A DNA stretch of 54,900 nucleotides, from the IMG/VR virus record IMGVR_UViG_3300034106_001935; one strand, written 5' to 3'. The notes under the pieces are model-generated. The model worked only from the letters and a program-made list of their open reading frames with translations, did not search any database and was not told the origin of the DNA. Position 1 is the stretch's first letter. Each line of letters opens with the position of its first letter. This DNA comes from an uncultured virus (IMG/VR IMGVR_UViG_3300034106_001935). Lineage: Duplodnaviria > Heunggongvirae > Uroviricota > Caudoviricetes. Positions 38,349 to 46,905 of the stretch are shown here, piece after piece. The translations under genes and the position numbers were made by a program.

Positions 38349-38849
38349 ATGCATAATCCAATTACATACAAATATACAAGTACTAAAGAATACCATGACG
38401 CATTTCCCTGTGCGTATCGTCAATGGCGTGCTGACAGTCATTGCAATATGATACATGGATATAGTTTTAGTATGAAATTTTATTTTGGTACTAATAATCT
38501 TGATGTTCGCAATTGGGCTGCTGATTACGGTGGATTGAAAGAACTTAAGAAAATTCTAGAAGATCAGTTTGACCATACATTGCTTGTAGCGCAAGATGAT
38601 CCAGAACTTGAAACATTTAAAATGTTGCAAGAAAAAAAGATGGCTAAACTAACTATACTTCCACGCTTAGGCTGTGAAGGTCTAGCCGACATGCTTTACA
38701 AGTATGTTAATGGTGTCTACATTCCTGACATGTGGGGACCGGGAGAAAGCGAACGCCTATGGTGCTACCGTGTAGAAGTTAGAGAGACACAAGCAAACAT
38801 GGCCTTTCGTGAAGGTCACCGTGAATGGAACGAGGACTTATTCAATTAA
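38349..38849 (+). CDS. queD: 6-carboxy-tetrahydropterin synthase (QueD/PTPS family)
   Basis: 'SHCNMIHGYS', 'DYGGLK', 'QFDHT', 'GCEGLA' and 'VRET'. Confidence 0.85.
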   Translation: MHNPITYKYTSTKEYHDAFPCAYRQWRADSHCNMIHGYSFSMKFYFGTNNLDVRNWAADYGGLKELKKILEDQFDHTLLVAQDDPELETFKMLQEKKMAKLTILPRLGCEGLADMLYKYVNGVYIPDMWGPGESERLWCYRVEVRETQANMAFREGHREWNEDLFN

Positions 38850-39497
38850 ATGGCACACTTAGTCGCAAACATACCACCAGTACATTGTTTTGTACGCAGA
38901 GAATTCTTATATGACTTTACAAAAGGTCATGATGAGTATGAACCTTGTATTTGGGTGAGTATCAAAAGTTTACGCAGCCAGGCTTTTCGTATAGAGGCTT
39001 ATCTACCAAGATATGGTGCTCTATACGATAAGTTGCCACTTCATGCTTTTGTAAGTAGAAATAAAGATTTAGATCCTGCCAAATTTTTAAGCCTTGATAC
39101 ATTGCAAATTTGGGATTGTTTTAGTTATGATTTTACAATCATGCAAAAGGCATTTCTAAGAAATTTGAGTTGTAAATTTTATGCCAAAGATAAAAATTTC
39201 TATCAGGGCAATTATCTTTTTACCGTAGATCATAGTGCTCCTGATTTGAACATTATTGATACTAGTTATGCTGAATGGCCTGAGGATCATAAAAGTTTCA
39301 ATTTTATTGAACTAGATAATGGACAGTACGCTGCACAACCAAATAATAGATGTATATTTTTTGATGCTGCTAGCAATCCTAAAGAACTATTATTCCCTGA
39401 TTTTAAGGTTTGTACTAAAAAGTATGTTGTTGAAACCAATCCTAAATGGTTTTTAGGTGATAATAACTCTTTTAATTATGAGAATAAACATGAATAA
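38850..39497 (+). CDS. Hypothetical protein
   Basis: 215-aa ORF within the deazaguanine operon. Confidence 0.65.
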   Translation: MAHLVANIPPVHCFVRREFLYDFTKGHDEYEPCIWVSIKSLRSQAFRIEAYLPRYGALYDKLPLHAFVSRNKDLDPAKFLSLDTLQIWDCFSYDFTIMQKAFLRNLSCKFYAKDKNFYQGNYLFTVDHSAPDLNIIDTSYAEWPEDHKSFNFIELDNGQYAAQPNNRCIFFDAASNPKELLFPDFKVCTKKYVVETNPKWFLGDNNSFNYENKHE

Positions 39498-40659
39498 AAA
39501 ACATGTAGCAGTTATTGGTGCAGGTATCGCTGGTATTACGACAGCTTACTATTTAGCCAAAGCAGGACATAAAGTTTCTGTATTTGAACAGGAACCTCAC
39601 CCTGCCATGCGTACTAGTTTTGCTAATGGGGGTCAAGTCTCTGTTAGTAATAGTGAAGTATGGACAACATGGAGCAATGTTAAGAAGGGCATTAAATGGA
39701 TGTTTACCCAAGATGCCCCGTTACTTATTCGTCCTCGGCTTGACTTTAAGCAATGGAGTTGGATGAGTAAATTTCTTTACAACACTATGACCAATCAGTA
39801 TAAAACAAATACTGAAAAAACCATAGCCATGGGCTTAGAGTCAAGAAAATTGTATGACGAAATTTGCAACCAGGAACAGTTAGAGTTTGACCGTAGTGAT
39901 TGTGGCATACTTCACTTTTATAAAGATGAAAAGTATTTTGACTCTGCTAAAGTTGCAAAAGAACTTTACAATAATAACAACGTTGAGTGGGATATACTAA
40001 CACCTGCACAAACAATAGCACTAGATCCATCTTTAAAAGATATTAAAGGTGTGGTTGGTGCTGCTTGGACTCCTAGCGATTGGACAGGTGACATACATAA
40101 ATTTTGCTATCAGTTAGCAAAAGTCTTAGAGAAAAAATATCGTGTAAAGTTTTACTATAACGACGAAGCAGATATTGAGTATCTAATGGATCATTCTGAT
40201 TGTGTTGTCATATGTGCTGGAGTAGGCAGTGTTGACATAGCTGAAAGCTTGGGTGATAAATTACCGATCTATCCTGTCAAGGGCTATAGTATTACTATCA
40301 ATAATGTAGATTCATCTTTATTGCCCAAAGTTAGTTTACTTGATGATAAAGCCAAAATTGTAACTTCAAGTTTAGGTAATAGGTTCCGTGTTGCTGGCAC
40401 TGCTGAACTAACAGGTGAAAACTATGATATTCGCAGGGACAGAGTTGAACCACTATTGCGATGGGTGCATACAAACTTTCCCCGTATTAACACGCATGAT
40501 TATACACAATGGGCATGTTTGCGACCAATGACTCCGAATATGATGCCTATTACCAAAAAAAGTGACAAATGTAAAAATGTATTTTATAATACAGGTCACG
40601 GACATCTAGGTTGGACATTAGCTCCATACACAGCAAAATTAATTTCGGAACAAATATGA
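39490..40659 (+). CDS. FAD-dependent D-amino acid dehydrogenase family oxidoreductase
   Basis: 'VIGAGIAG', 'TSFANGGQ', 'PIYPVKGYS', 'WACLRPMTP' and 'NTGHGHLGWT'. Confidence 0.88.
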   Translation: MNKKHVAVIGAGIAGITTAYYLAKAGHKVSVFEQEPHPAMRTSFANGGQVSVSNSEVWTTWSNVKKGIKWMFTQDAPLLIRPRLDFKQWSWMSKFLYNTMTNQYKTNTEKTIAMGLESRKLYDEICNQEQLEFDRSDCGILHFYKDEKYFDSAKVAKELYNNNNVEWDILTPAQTIALDPSLKDIKGVVGAAWTPSDWTGDIHKFCYQLAKVLEKKYRVKFYYNDEADIEYLMDHSDCVVICAGVGSVDIAESLGDKLPIYPVKGYSITINNVDSSLLPKVSLLDDKAKIVTSSLGNRFRVAGTAELTGENYDIRRDRVEPLLRWVHTNFPRINTHDYTQWACLRPMTPNMMPITKKSDKCKNVFYNTGHGHLGWTLAPYTAKLISEQI

Positions 40660-41507
40660 GCCATTTAAAAATATCAGAGTTGTTTTATTCAATACAGGGA
40701 GAAGGTAGATACATGGGTGTACCTAGTGTCTTCCTAAGAACTTTTGGATGCAATTTTACATGCGGCGGGTTCGGCATGCCAAAAGGTCAATTAAGTACAG
40801 AAAGAGATATAATTGCGATTAATGCAGAAACTTATACAGATTATAAATCCCTTCCGCTTGTCAGCACTGGATGTGATAGTTATGCATCTTGGGACCCTCG
40901 TTTCAAACATCTTAGTCCTGTGCTCAATACCGATACTATTGTTAGTAGTATTATTGATTTACTTCCTGGACGGTCTTGGCAAGATGAGCACTTGGTTATC
41001 ACAGGGGGTGAACCTCTGCTTGGATGGCAAAGATCGTATCCTGAATTACTTTCGCACGAAAAAATGAGACCATTGAAGGAACTAACCTTTGAGACAAATG
41101 GCACTCAAGAATTAACTAAAGAATTTAGACAATGGTTGCATCGTGAATGGCATCATGATAAAGGTTATTTTAGCGTAACATTTAGTGTTAGTCCTAAACT
41201 AAGTATTTCAGGTGAAAAATGGGATGAAGCTATAAAGCCTGATGTTGTTGCTCAATATGATGAATATGGTTTCACTTATTTGAAGTTTGTGGTAGCAACT
41301 AAAGAAGATGTAGAAGAAGCAAAAGAAGCAGTAAACTTATATCGTAAAGCTGGCTTCACAGGTCCTGTTTACCTGATGCCTTGTGGCGGGGTAGAACCAG
41401 TGTATACTCTTAATGCTAAGAATGTTGCTATTGAAGCTATGAACAACGGTTGGCGTTATAGTGATAGACTTCAAGTGCCACTGTTTAAGAATGAATGGGG
41501 TACCTGA
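40656..41507 (+). CDS. queE: 7-carboxy-7-deazaguanine synthase (radical SAM)
   Basis: 'ELFYSIQGEG...G.PSVFLRTFGCNFTC...CDS', 'ITGGEPLL', 'ETNGT' and 'SVSPKL'. Confidence 0.88.
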   Translation: MSHLKISELFYSIQGEGRYMGVPSVFLRTFGCNFTCGGFGMPKGQLSTERDIIAINAETYTDYKSLPLVSTGCDSYASWDPRFKHLSPVLNTDTIVSSIIDLLPGRSWQDEHLVITGGEPLLGWQRSYPELLSHEKMRPLKELTFETNGTQELTKEFRQWLHREWHHDKGYFSVTFSVSPKLSISGEKWDEAIKPDVVAQYDEYGFTYLKFVVATKEDVEEAKEAVNLYRKAGFTGPVYLMPCGGVEPVYTLNAKNVAIEAMNNGWRYSDRLQVPLFKNEWGT

Positions 41508-41510
41508 TTA

Positions 41511-41744
41511 ATGTACGGAGATGCCCAGCAGGCGCCTCTTTCAGAAGATTGGGGATTAAACAGAACCAGAGGTTGGAAATTAAAACTCTGTTGGATTCCA
41601 AAAAAATGTTTTTTATCTGAAAAACCACTTTGGGGTAAAATTGCCTACTATGGCGAAAATTGGATTACCGGGCCCGGTGACCCGATCGTACAAAAATATT
41701 GGATCAGCAAAGAAGAATTTTTAATCTGGCAATTAAAGAAATGA
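41511..41744 (+). CDS. Hypothetical Trp-rich protein
   Basis: 77-aa ORF, translationally coupled. Confidence 0.55.
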   Translation: MYGDAQQAPLSEDWGLNRTRGWKLKLCWIPKKCFLSEKPLWGKIAYYGENWITGPGDPIVQKYWISKEEFLIWQLKK

Positions 41745-43069
41745 GAACATACGATAAAAGAATTGGTTTTTTAGTTAGTTATCAAACACTAATACCTCAC
41801 GGTGGTATAGGACAATTTGCTAAAAGCTTCTGTGAGTTAATGGATAGTCGTAATATCAAAGTTGATATTATCACCGACAAAGAGCCACAAGACAACGAGT
41901 TTGTAAAATCTTTAAAAGCAAATGTTATTGCACCACTAGAATCATTGCGTTATACAGACCATAGCAATATCTTTATGTATGGTGATACATTTTGCTATGA
42001 AAGAATGGCGAACTTTAGAAATGCTATCATAGAAGCATTAGAGCATAATCTATATGATGCGTTTATTTGTAACACATATGAGACAGTTCAGGTTGCAAGT
42101 ACAATGGGACTTGAAGATGTAATTCAGATTATTGCCTATACACATCTTGAAAGTCAAATTTTCAAAGATACTAAAAATCCATTTTTACATAATACAAATG
42201 AATTAATGCGACAGCAGCTAGAAACATCGGGTATATATGTTGGCACACAAAGCAAATTTAATCAACTAAACATCAGCGATACAGTATATCATCTTCCTAT
42301 ACCTATCACAGAGCGTGGACTTTTAGAAGAACATCACACGCCTAGAGAGGGAGTATTGTTTGTTGGTCGCTGGGAAGAAGGTAAAAATCCTGAATTGTTT
42401 ATTGACTTGATTGAGCAGACTAAACTTCCTGCTAAAGTAATGACTAGCCCCAATGGTGTCAAAAAATTTGAGGACCGTTTATCTAAGTTAGGTGTCAAGT
42501 ATGACATTCATTCTAGTATTGTTGGTAAAGAAAAAGTAGATTTTATTACAAGCGCAAGAGTTGCATTTAATCCTAGCACAGTTGAAAGCTATGGTATGGC
42601 ATTTTATGAACAGCACATACAATTGCCCACATTCTGCCTAAGTGATCAACGATGGACAAAAAACTTTGACAGCCGTTACTTTTTTGAAACAAATAAAAAG
42701 AATATGGCAACAGATATATTAAATGCATATCATATGTTTGCTACTGCTGAAAATTGGTATAATAAAGGTGTTTTGAGTCATGCAGGTAGTATAGAAAATA
42801 CAGTATTTCATAAATGGAATGAATGTTTTAATGATTTTAAAACAAAACAATCTAATAATAATACGGCAAAGATTTGCAACGAGACCACTGTAAAACTAAA
42901 AGATTATATCGCAAGTTTGGGACGAAAAGTAATTTGCATTGATGATATTCGTAGTGTGTTGACGAATAAACATAAGTTTCGTGTAATCTATACAGATGAA
43001 GATACATATCTAACAAAAGATCCTAATTTTATACCCACAGAAGATAAAGAGGAATTATTCGCATGGTAA
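41741..43069 (+). CDS. GT-B glycosyltransferase
   Basis: 'HGGIG', 'LFVGRWEEGKN' and 'PSTVESYGMAFYE' (E-x7-E). Confidence 0.8.
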   Translation: MRTYDKRIGFLVSYQTLIPHGGIGQFAKSFCELMDSRNIKVDIITDKEPQDNEFVKSLKANVIAPLESLRYTDHSNIFMYGDTFCYERMANFRNAIIEALEHNLYDAFICNTYETVQVASTMGLEDVIQIIAYTHLESQIFKDTKNPFLHNTNELMRQQLETSGIYVGTQSKFNQLNISDTVYHLPIPITERGLLEEHHTPREGVLFVGRWEEGKNPELFIDLIEQTKLPAKVMTSPNGVKKFEDRLSKLGVKYDIHSSIVGKEKVDFITSARVAFNPSTVESYGMAFYEQHIQLPTFCLSDQRWTKNFDSRYFFETNKKNMATDILNAYHMFATAENWYNKGVLSHAGSIENTVFHKWNECFNDFKTKQSNNNTAKICNETTVKLKDYIASLGRKVICIDDIRSVLTNKHKFRVIYTDEDTYLTKDPNFIPTEDKEELFAW

Positions 43070-43893
43070 AGAAAGTTTTAATCACTGGTAGTTCAGGATA
43101 CATTGGATCACATTTAACACATTTGTTAAAAGATGAATACGAGGTTCATGGATTAGATATTAACTATCCGCAAGTTGACCCGCATACTTTTTACCATTGT
43201 GATATAAACCGTCAATTCAATTTAGAAGAAGAATTTGATTGTGTTATTCATTTAGCGGCAAAGGTTAATGTAAGCGAAAGTGAGAAGATGCCTATTCAAT
43301 ATTATATCACTAATTTGAACGGCACAATGAATGTTGTGAATAAAATAAAAACAAAGAATTTTATTTTTGCCAGTACTGGCGCTGCCGAAGGTTGTGCTAG
43401 TGCATATGGTATTAGCAAAAGAGCCGCAGAAGATGTAGTCCGTGAATACTGCACACAACACAACAAAAAAGATTATAGCATTTTTAGATTTTATAATGTG
43501 ATAGGTAGCACAGTTGTGCCTCCCACAAATCCAGACGGATTAATGCTCAATTTAATGAGAGCAGTTAAGACTGGTGAGTTCACAATATTCGGCAATGATT
43601 ATGATACCAAAGATGGCACATGTCTGCGTGATTATGTCCATGTCATGGAAATTTGTGATGCATTAAAAACAGCAATTGATAAGCCTAGCAATAGTGTTGA
43701 ATCATTAGGGCATGGTGTAGGTAAAACAGTTTATGAAATGACTTGTATGTTCCAAGACATTAATGGCTATGAATTTGAAGTAAAATACGGCCCAAGAAGA
43801 AAGGGCGATTTACCTTCAAGTGTATTAGAAGATGTATCGCCCTATATGCGTAACTTGTATACTATCAACGAACTACTTAAGATTAATGCTTGA
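43063..43893 (+). CDS. NAD-dependent nucleotide-sugar epimerase (GalE-like)
   Basis: 'ITGSSGYIG', 'HLAA', YxxxK 'YGISK', 'FRFYNV' and 'DGTCLRDYVHV'. Confidence 0.9.
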   Translation: MVKKVLITGSSGYIGSHLTHLLKDEYEVHGLDINYPQVDPHTFYHCDINRQFNLEEEFDCVIHLAAKVNVSESEKMPIQYYITNLNGTMNVVNKIKTKNFIFASTGAAEGCASAYGISKRAAEDVVREYCTQHNKKDYSIFRFYNVIGSTVVPPTNPDGLMLNLMRAVKTGEFTIFGNDYDTKDGTCLRDYVHVMEICDALKTAIDKPSNSVESLGHGVGKTVYEMTCMFQDINGYEFEVKYGPRRKGDLPSSVLEDVSPYMRNLYTINELLKINA

Positions 43894-45283
43894 GTAACAA
43901 TGTACTCAATACTCCTGCATCCTTAGCAGTTAAATCAGGTTCGCCAGGTGCAATAATCACATTGTACTTCAATGGTGATTTATCTTTACCCTTGACTTTA
44001 CTTTCCCACTCACTATAGCTAAGAATACTATTTGGACTTAGTCCGTATTCTTTTGCTAGTCGTTGTTTTAGTTCAGGTAACTTGTCAGGTATCACTTGCC
44101 ATTGGCCTTCAGGACCCTTAACCAAGTTCTTCTTTTCGTCCTTCACTAATAAATCATAGAATAAGTTGCTTGGAATAATTCTGCTGTTCTTTGTTTTTTC
44201 TAAACTAGGATCACTACCCTTTACCTTCTTCTCTTGTGAAGCACTTGCGCCTTCACTCCAGTTAATCATAAAGTTGTCGGGCTTCTCACCTAACGCAACA
44301 TCAGCAACTTTTGTGTAAGCATAAAAGTCTACATTAGGTAAACTCTTTGCTAGATTAAATGCCATATCTACATACTCAGGACTAAAGAAGTCACCAGCAT
44401 CATGCCAACGAATACTTACCTTGTATCCTTTCTTGGCACCTTTCTTGACTTCATTATCAATTTCTGTTTTTAATTGATTGAAGAAACCACTTGGGTCATT
44501 TAATAGATATGTAAGAATGCGCCCATCGCTTAGCCATGGGCCTTGGAATTGCACCTTGCCTCCCTTCATTGCAAAACAATCTATTTTGCAACTACCCGCA
44601 CCAGGACATGTATTTACTACTATTAATTCATTTGTGTTTTCATCTAGTGCGATACCTACAAGTGCAGCAAAACCAACGTTAAAAAATTGTTCATCAGTTC
44701 CGTCGCTATGCTTCATCTTCTCATTCTTTTTGAGAAGTGTTTTTGGTCTTTCAGCTAATGCCTGTTTGATAGCATCAACATTATACTTTTTACCTTCTTC
44801 GTTATAGTAACCAACTACGCTACTACGGTGAATATATGGTAACTTATACTTGTCTGTTTTCTTTTTCTCTTGATTACGAATACGATCCAAATAGTCTGTT
44901 AGTTCTGGATCACCAATTGGACGGGTAGGAGCAGCAAGTTTGGTTGCTTCCGTTACACTTTTACTGTCAACAAACTGCTTAAACTGTTCAGCACTGGCAC
45001 GCTTGGGTAAACTGTGCCACTTACCTTCAGGACTTACAGCACCGTAGAATGTAACATAGCGGTCGTCTTCTTCTTGAGTTTCAATTTCAAACTTCCAGCC
45101 TTTGTATGTGCCTAAGACTTCAGTTTTGGTGTCCCCTAGACCTTCCGTTACACCTTTTTCAGGTTCAGGTTCTTCACCGGCTGCACTCTTAGCAACGAAT
45201 TGCTGAGGAGTCATAATCTGTATGCCACTGGGTGCTCCGGGTAGTTTTGGCTCTGCGCCTTCCATTAGTTCTATAAATTTCAT
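43883..45283 (-). CDS. Gp88-like (radical-SAM-related) protein with N-terminal extra modules
   Basis: 'TCPGAGSCKIDCFA', 'IRWHDAGDF' and 'FYAYTK'. Starts MKFIELME, with a minus-strand TAAATA near 45340. Confidence 0.6.
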   Translation of the reverse strand: MKFIELMEGAEPKLPGAPSGIQIMTPQQFVAKSAAGEEPEPEKGVTEGLGDTKTEVLGTYKGWKFEIETQEEDDRYVTFYGAVSPEGKWHSLPKRASAEQFKQFVDSKSVTEATKLAAPTRPIGDPELTDYLDRIRNQEKKKTDKYKLPYIHRSSVVGYYNEEGKKYNVDAIKQALAERPKTLLKKNEKMKHSDGTDEQFFNVGFAALVGIALDENTNELIVVNTCPGAGSCKIDCFAMKGGKVQFQGPWLSDGRILTYLLNDPSGFFNQLKTEIDNEVKKGAKKGYKVSIRWHDAGDFFSPEYVDMAFNLAKSLPNVDFYAYTKVADVALGEKPDNFMINWSEGASASQEKKVKGSDPSLEKTKNSRIIPSNLFYDLLVKDEKKNLVKGPEGQWQVIPDKLPELKQRLAKEYGLSPNSILSYSEWESKVKGKDKSPLKYNVIIAPGEPDLTAKDAGVLSTLLLKH

Positions 45284-45301
45284 ATTGGTTTCCGTAAATA
45301 G

Positions 45302-45330
45302 TTGACTTTATTGCGTAACTATGCTACACT
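45302..45330 (+). promoter_or_regulatory. Sigma70-type promoter
   Basis: TTGACT-N17-TACACT with a TG extension. Confidence 0.55.
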
Positions 45331-45361
45331 ATATCTATTATTTATCAATCTGGGTTTTCTT

Positions 45362-46405
45362 ATGCATTCTTTTGACACTACTATCCGTCGTATTGGCTTC
45401 GCATGTAAGTTTGCGGAAATTAACAAAAAAGGCGAAATAGTTTCCGTAGAGGGTCTTAACACGGGCGGTACAACACTAGCTTGGGCCAGCCGTAACAACC
45501 GTAATAAGGTAGAAGAAAAAATTATTGATGTTGCTAAAAAGAACATCATGAATACTCACGCACTAATCAAAAAGGTTGCTAGTCTACCCCATGGACAGCG
45601 GATGTTGCGTATCACAAGTGACATGCTAAGTTTCTATACGCACGATGATTACACAGACTTTTGGCAAAGTACGGATGTGCAGAATTGTCTTGAACGATGG
45701 TTTGCACCATTGGGTGAAACAGCACGGCAACATGATGTCCGTGTAAGTTTTCATCCTGACCAATTCGTTGTTCTAGCAAGTGACCGCGAAGAGGTAGTAA
45801 ATAAGAGTATCAAAGAATTTGAATACCATGTTGACATGGCCCGTTGGATGGGTTATGGCAAACAATTTCAAGACATTAAAATTAATGTACACATTGCGGG
45901 TCGGCAAGGTCCTGATGGTATTAGGCGTGCTTATCAACGTTTATCACCCGAAGCACGAAATTCACTTACTATTGAAAACGAGGAAATGACACATGATCTT
46001 AACACATGTTTACAAATTAGCGATTTGGTTCCGATCGTTTTGGACATTCATCACCACTGGATTAATTGCGGGGAGTATATTGAACCATCTGATGTTAGGG
46101 TTCAAAAGGTTATTGATAGTTGGCGCGGCATTCGCCCTGTTATACACTATTCTGTTTCAAGAGAAGACCTTTTGGTTGACCATCCCACACATGAAAGACC
46201 TTCTTTGACAACATTGATGAATTTGGGACACAACAAGCAAAAATTGCGCGCCCATAGTGATTATTATTGGAATCATGCTACTAATAATTGGGCATTGACT
46301 TTCAATGATAAATTTGATATTATGTGCGAGAGCAAGGCTAAGAACCTAGCAAGCACAAAACTATTTGAGGCCAAGAATGTTAGACAAAATCAAGCAATGG
46401 TTTAA
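45362..46405 (+). CDS. uvsE: UV damage endonuclease
   Basis: 'RIGFAC', 'RITSD', 'SFHPDQF', 'TIENEE', 'VLDIHHH', 'AHSDY' and 'DIMCESKAKN'. Confidence 0.92.
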   Translation: MHSFDTTIRRIGFACKFAEINKKGEIVSVEGLNTGGTTLAWASRNNRNKVEEKIIDVAKKNIMNTHALIKKVASLPHGQRMLRITSDMLSFYTHDDYTDFWQSTDVQNCLERWFAPLGETARQHDVRVSFHPDQFVVLASDREEVVNKSIKEFEYHVDMARWMGYGKQFQDIKINVHIAGRQGPDGIRRAYQRLSPEARNSLTIENEEMTHDLNTCLQISDLVPIVLDIHHHWINCGEYIEPSDVRVQKVIDSWRGIRPVIHYSVSREDLLVDHPTHERPSLTTLMNLGHNKQKLRAHSDYYWNHATNNWALTFNDKFDIMCESKAKNLASTKLFEAKNVRQNQAMV

Positions 46406-46802
46406 AAAACCCGAGCCTGTTAAGGCAGAAGAACCTAAGCCTAAAAAGGAGCGCAAGCCCAGAGAGAAGAAAGCAGCACCTGAGCTTTCAGCCAAAGAAC
46501 AAGCTACATTAAACAATGAACCATATGTAGCTATTGTTCATGTCCAACTTGATCCTAACGATGTGAATAACGGTGCATTTGAACTAGACTGGAATGATAA
46601 GTTCGTACTAAATCTGATTCGTGCAGGATACAAAATCCGTGAAGATGACAACGAGGCTTTAATTGTTGATCGTTGGTTCCAAACTGTATGTAGGAATGTA
46701 GCACTAGAAGTTTATGAACAGCAACAAGCAGATCCTGATAACAGGGACATGCGAGTTATAAGAACCCGAGATATAGGAAATGGGCGTACAGAGGTTAGTT
46801 AG
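46377..46802 (+). CDS. Hypothetical protein
   Basis: ORF of about 141 aa starting MLDKIK. Confidence 0.6.
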   Translation: MLDKIKQWFKKPEPVKAEEPKPKKERKPREKKAAPELSAKEQATLNNEPYVAIVHVQLDPNDVNNGAFELDWNDKFVLNLIRAGYKIREDDNEALIVDRWFQTVCRNVALEVYEQQQADPDNRDMRVIRTRDIGNGRTEVS

Positions 46803-46814
46803 ATACCCATTTTG

Positions 46815-46843
46815 TTGTCAATAAAAAGCTTTTCATGTATACT
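46815..46843 (+). promoter_or_regulatory. Sigma70-type promoter
   Basis: TTGTCA-N17-TATACT. Confidence 0.55.
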
Positions 46844-46905
46844 TAGGTTGTGCGTTGAATAATATTCTTTGCACAGCCTAATTTAATTTAATGAAAGGAA
46901 AAATT

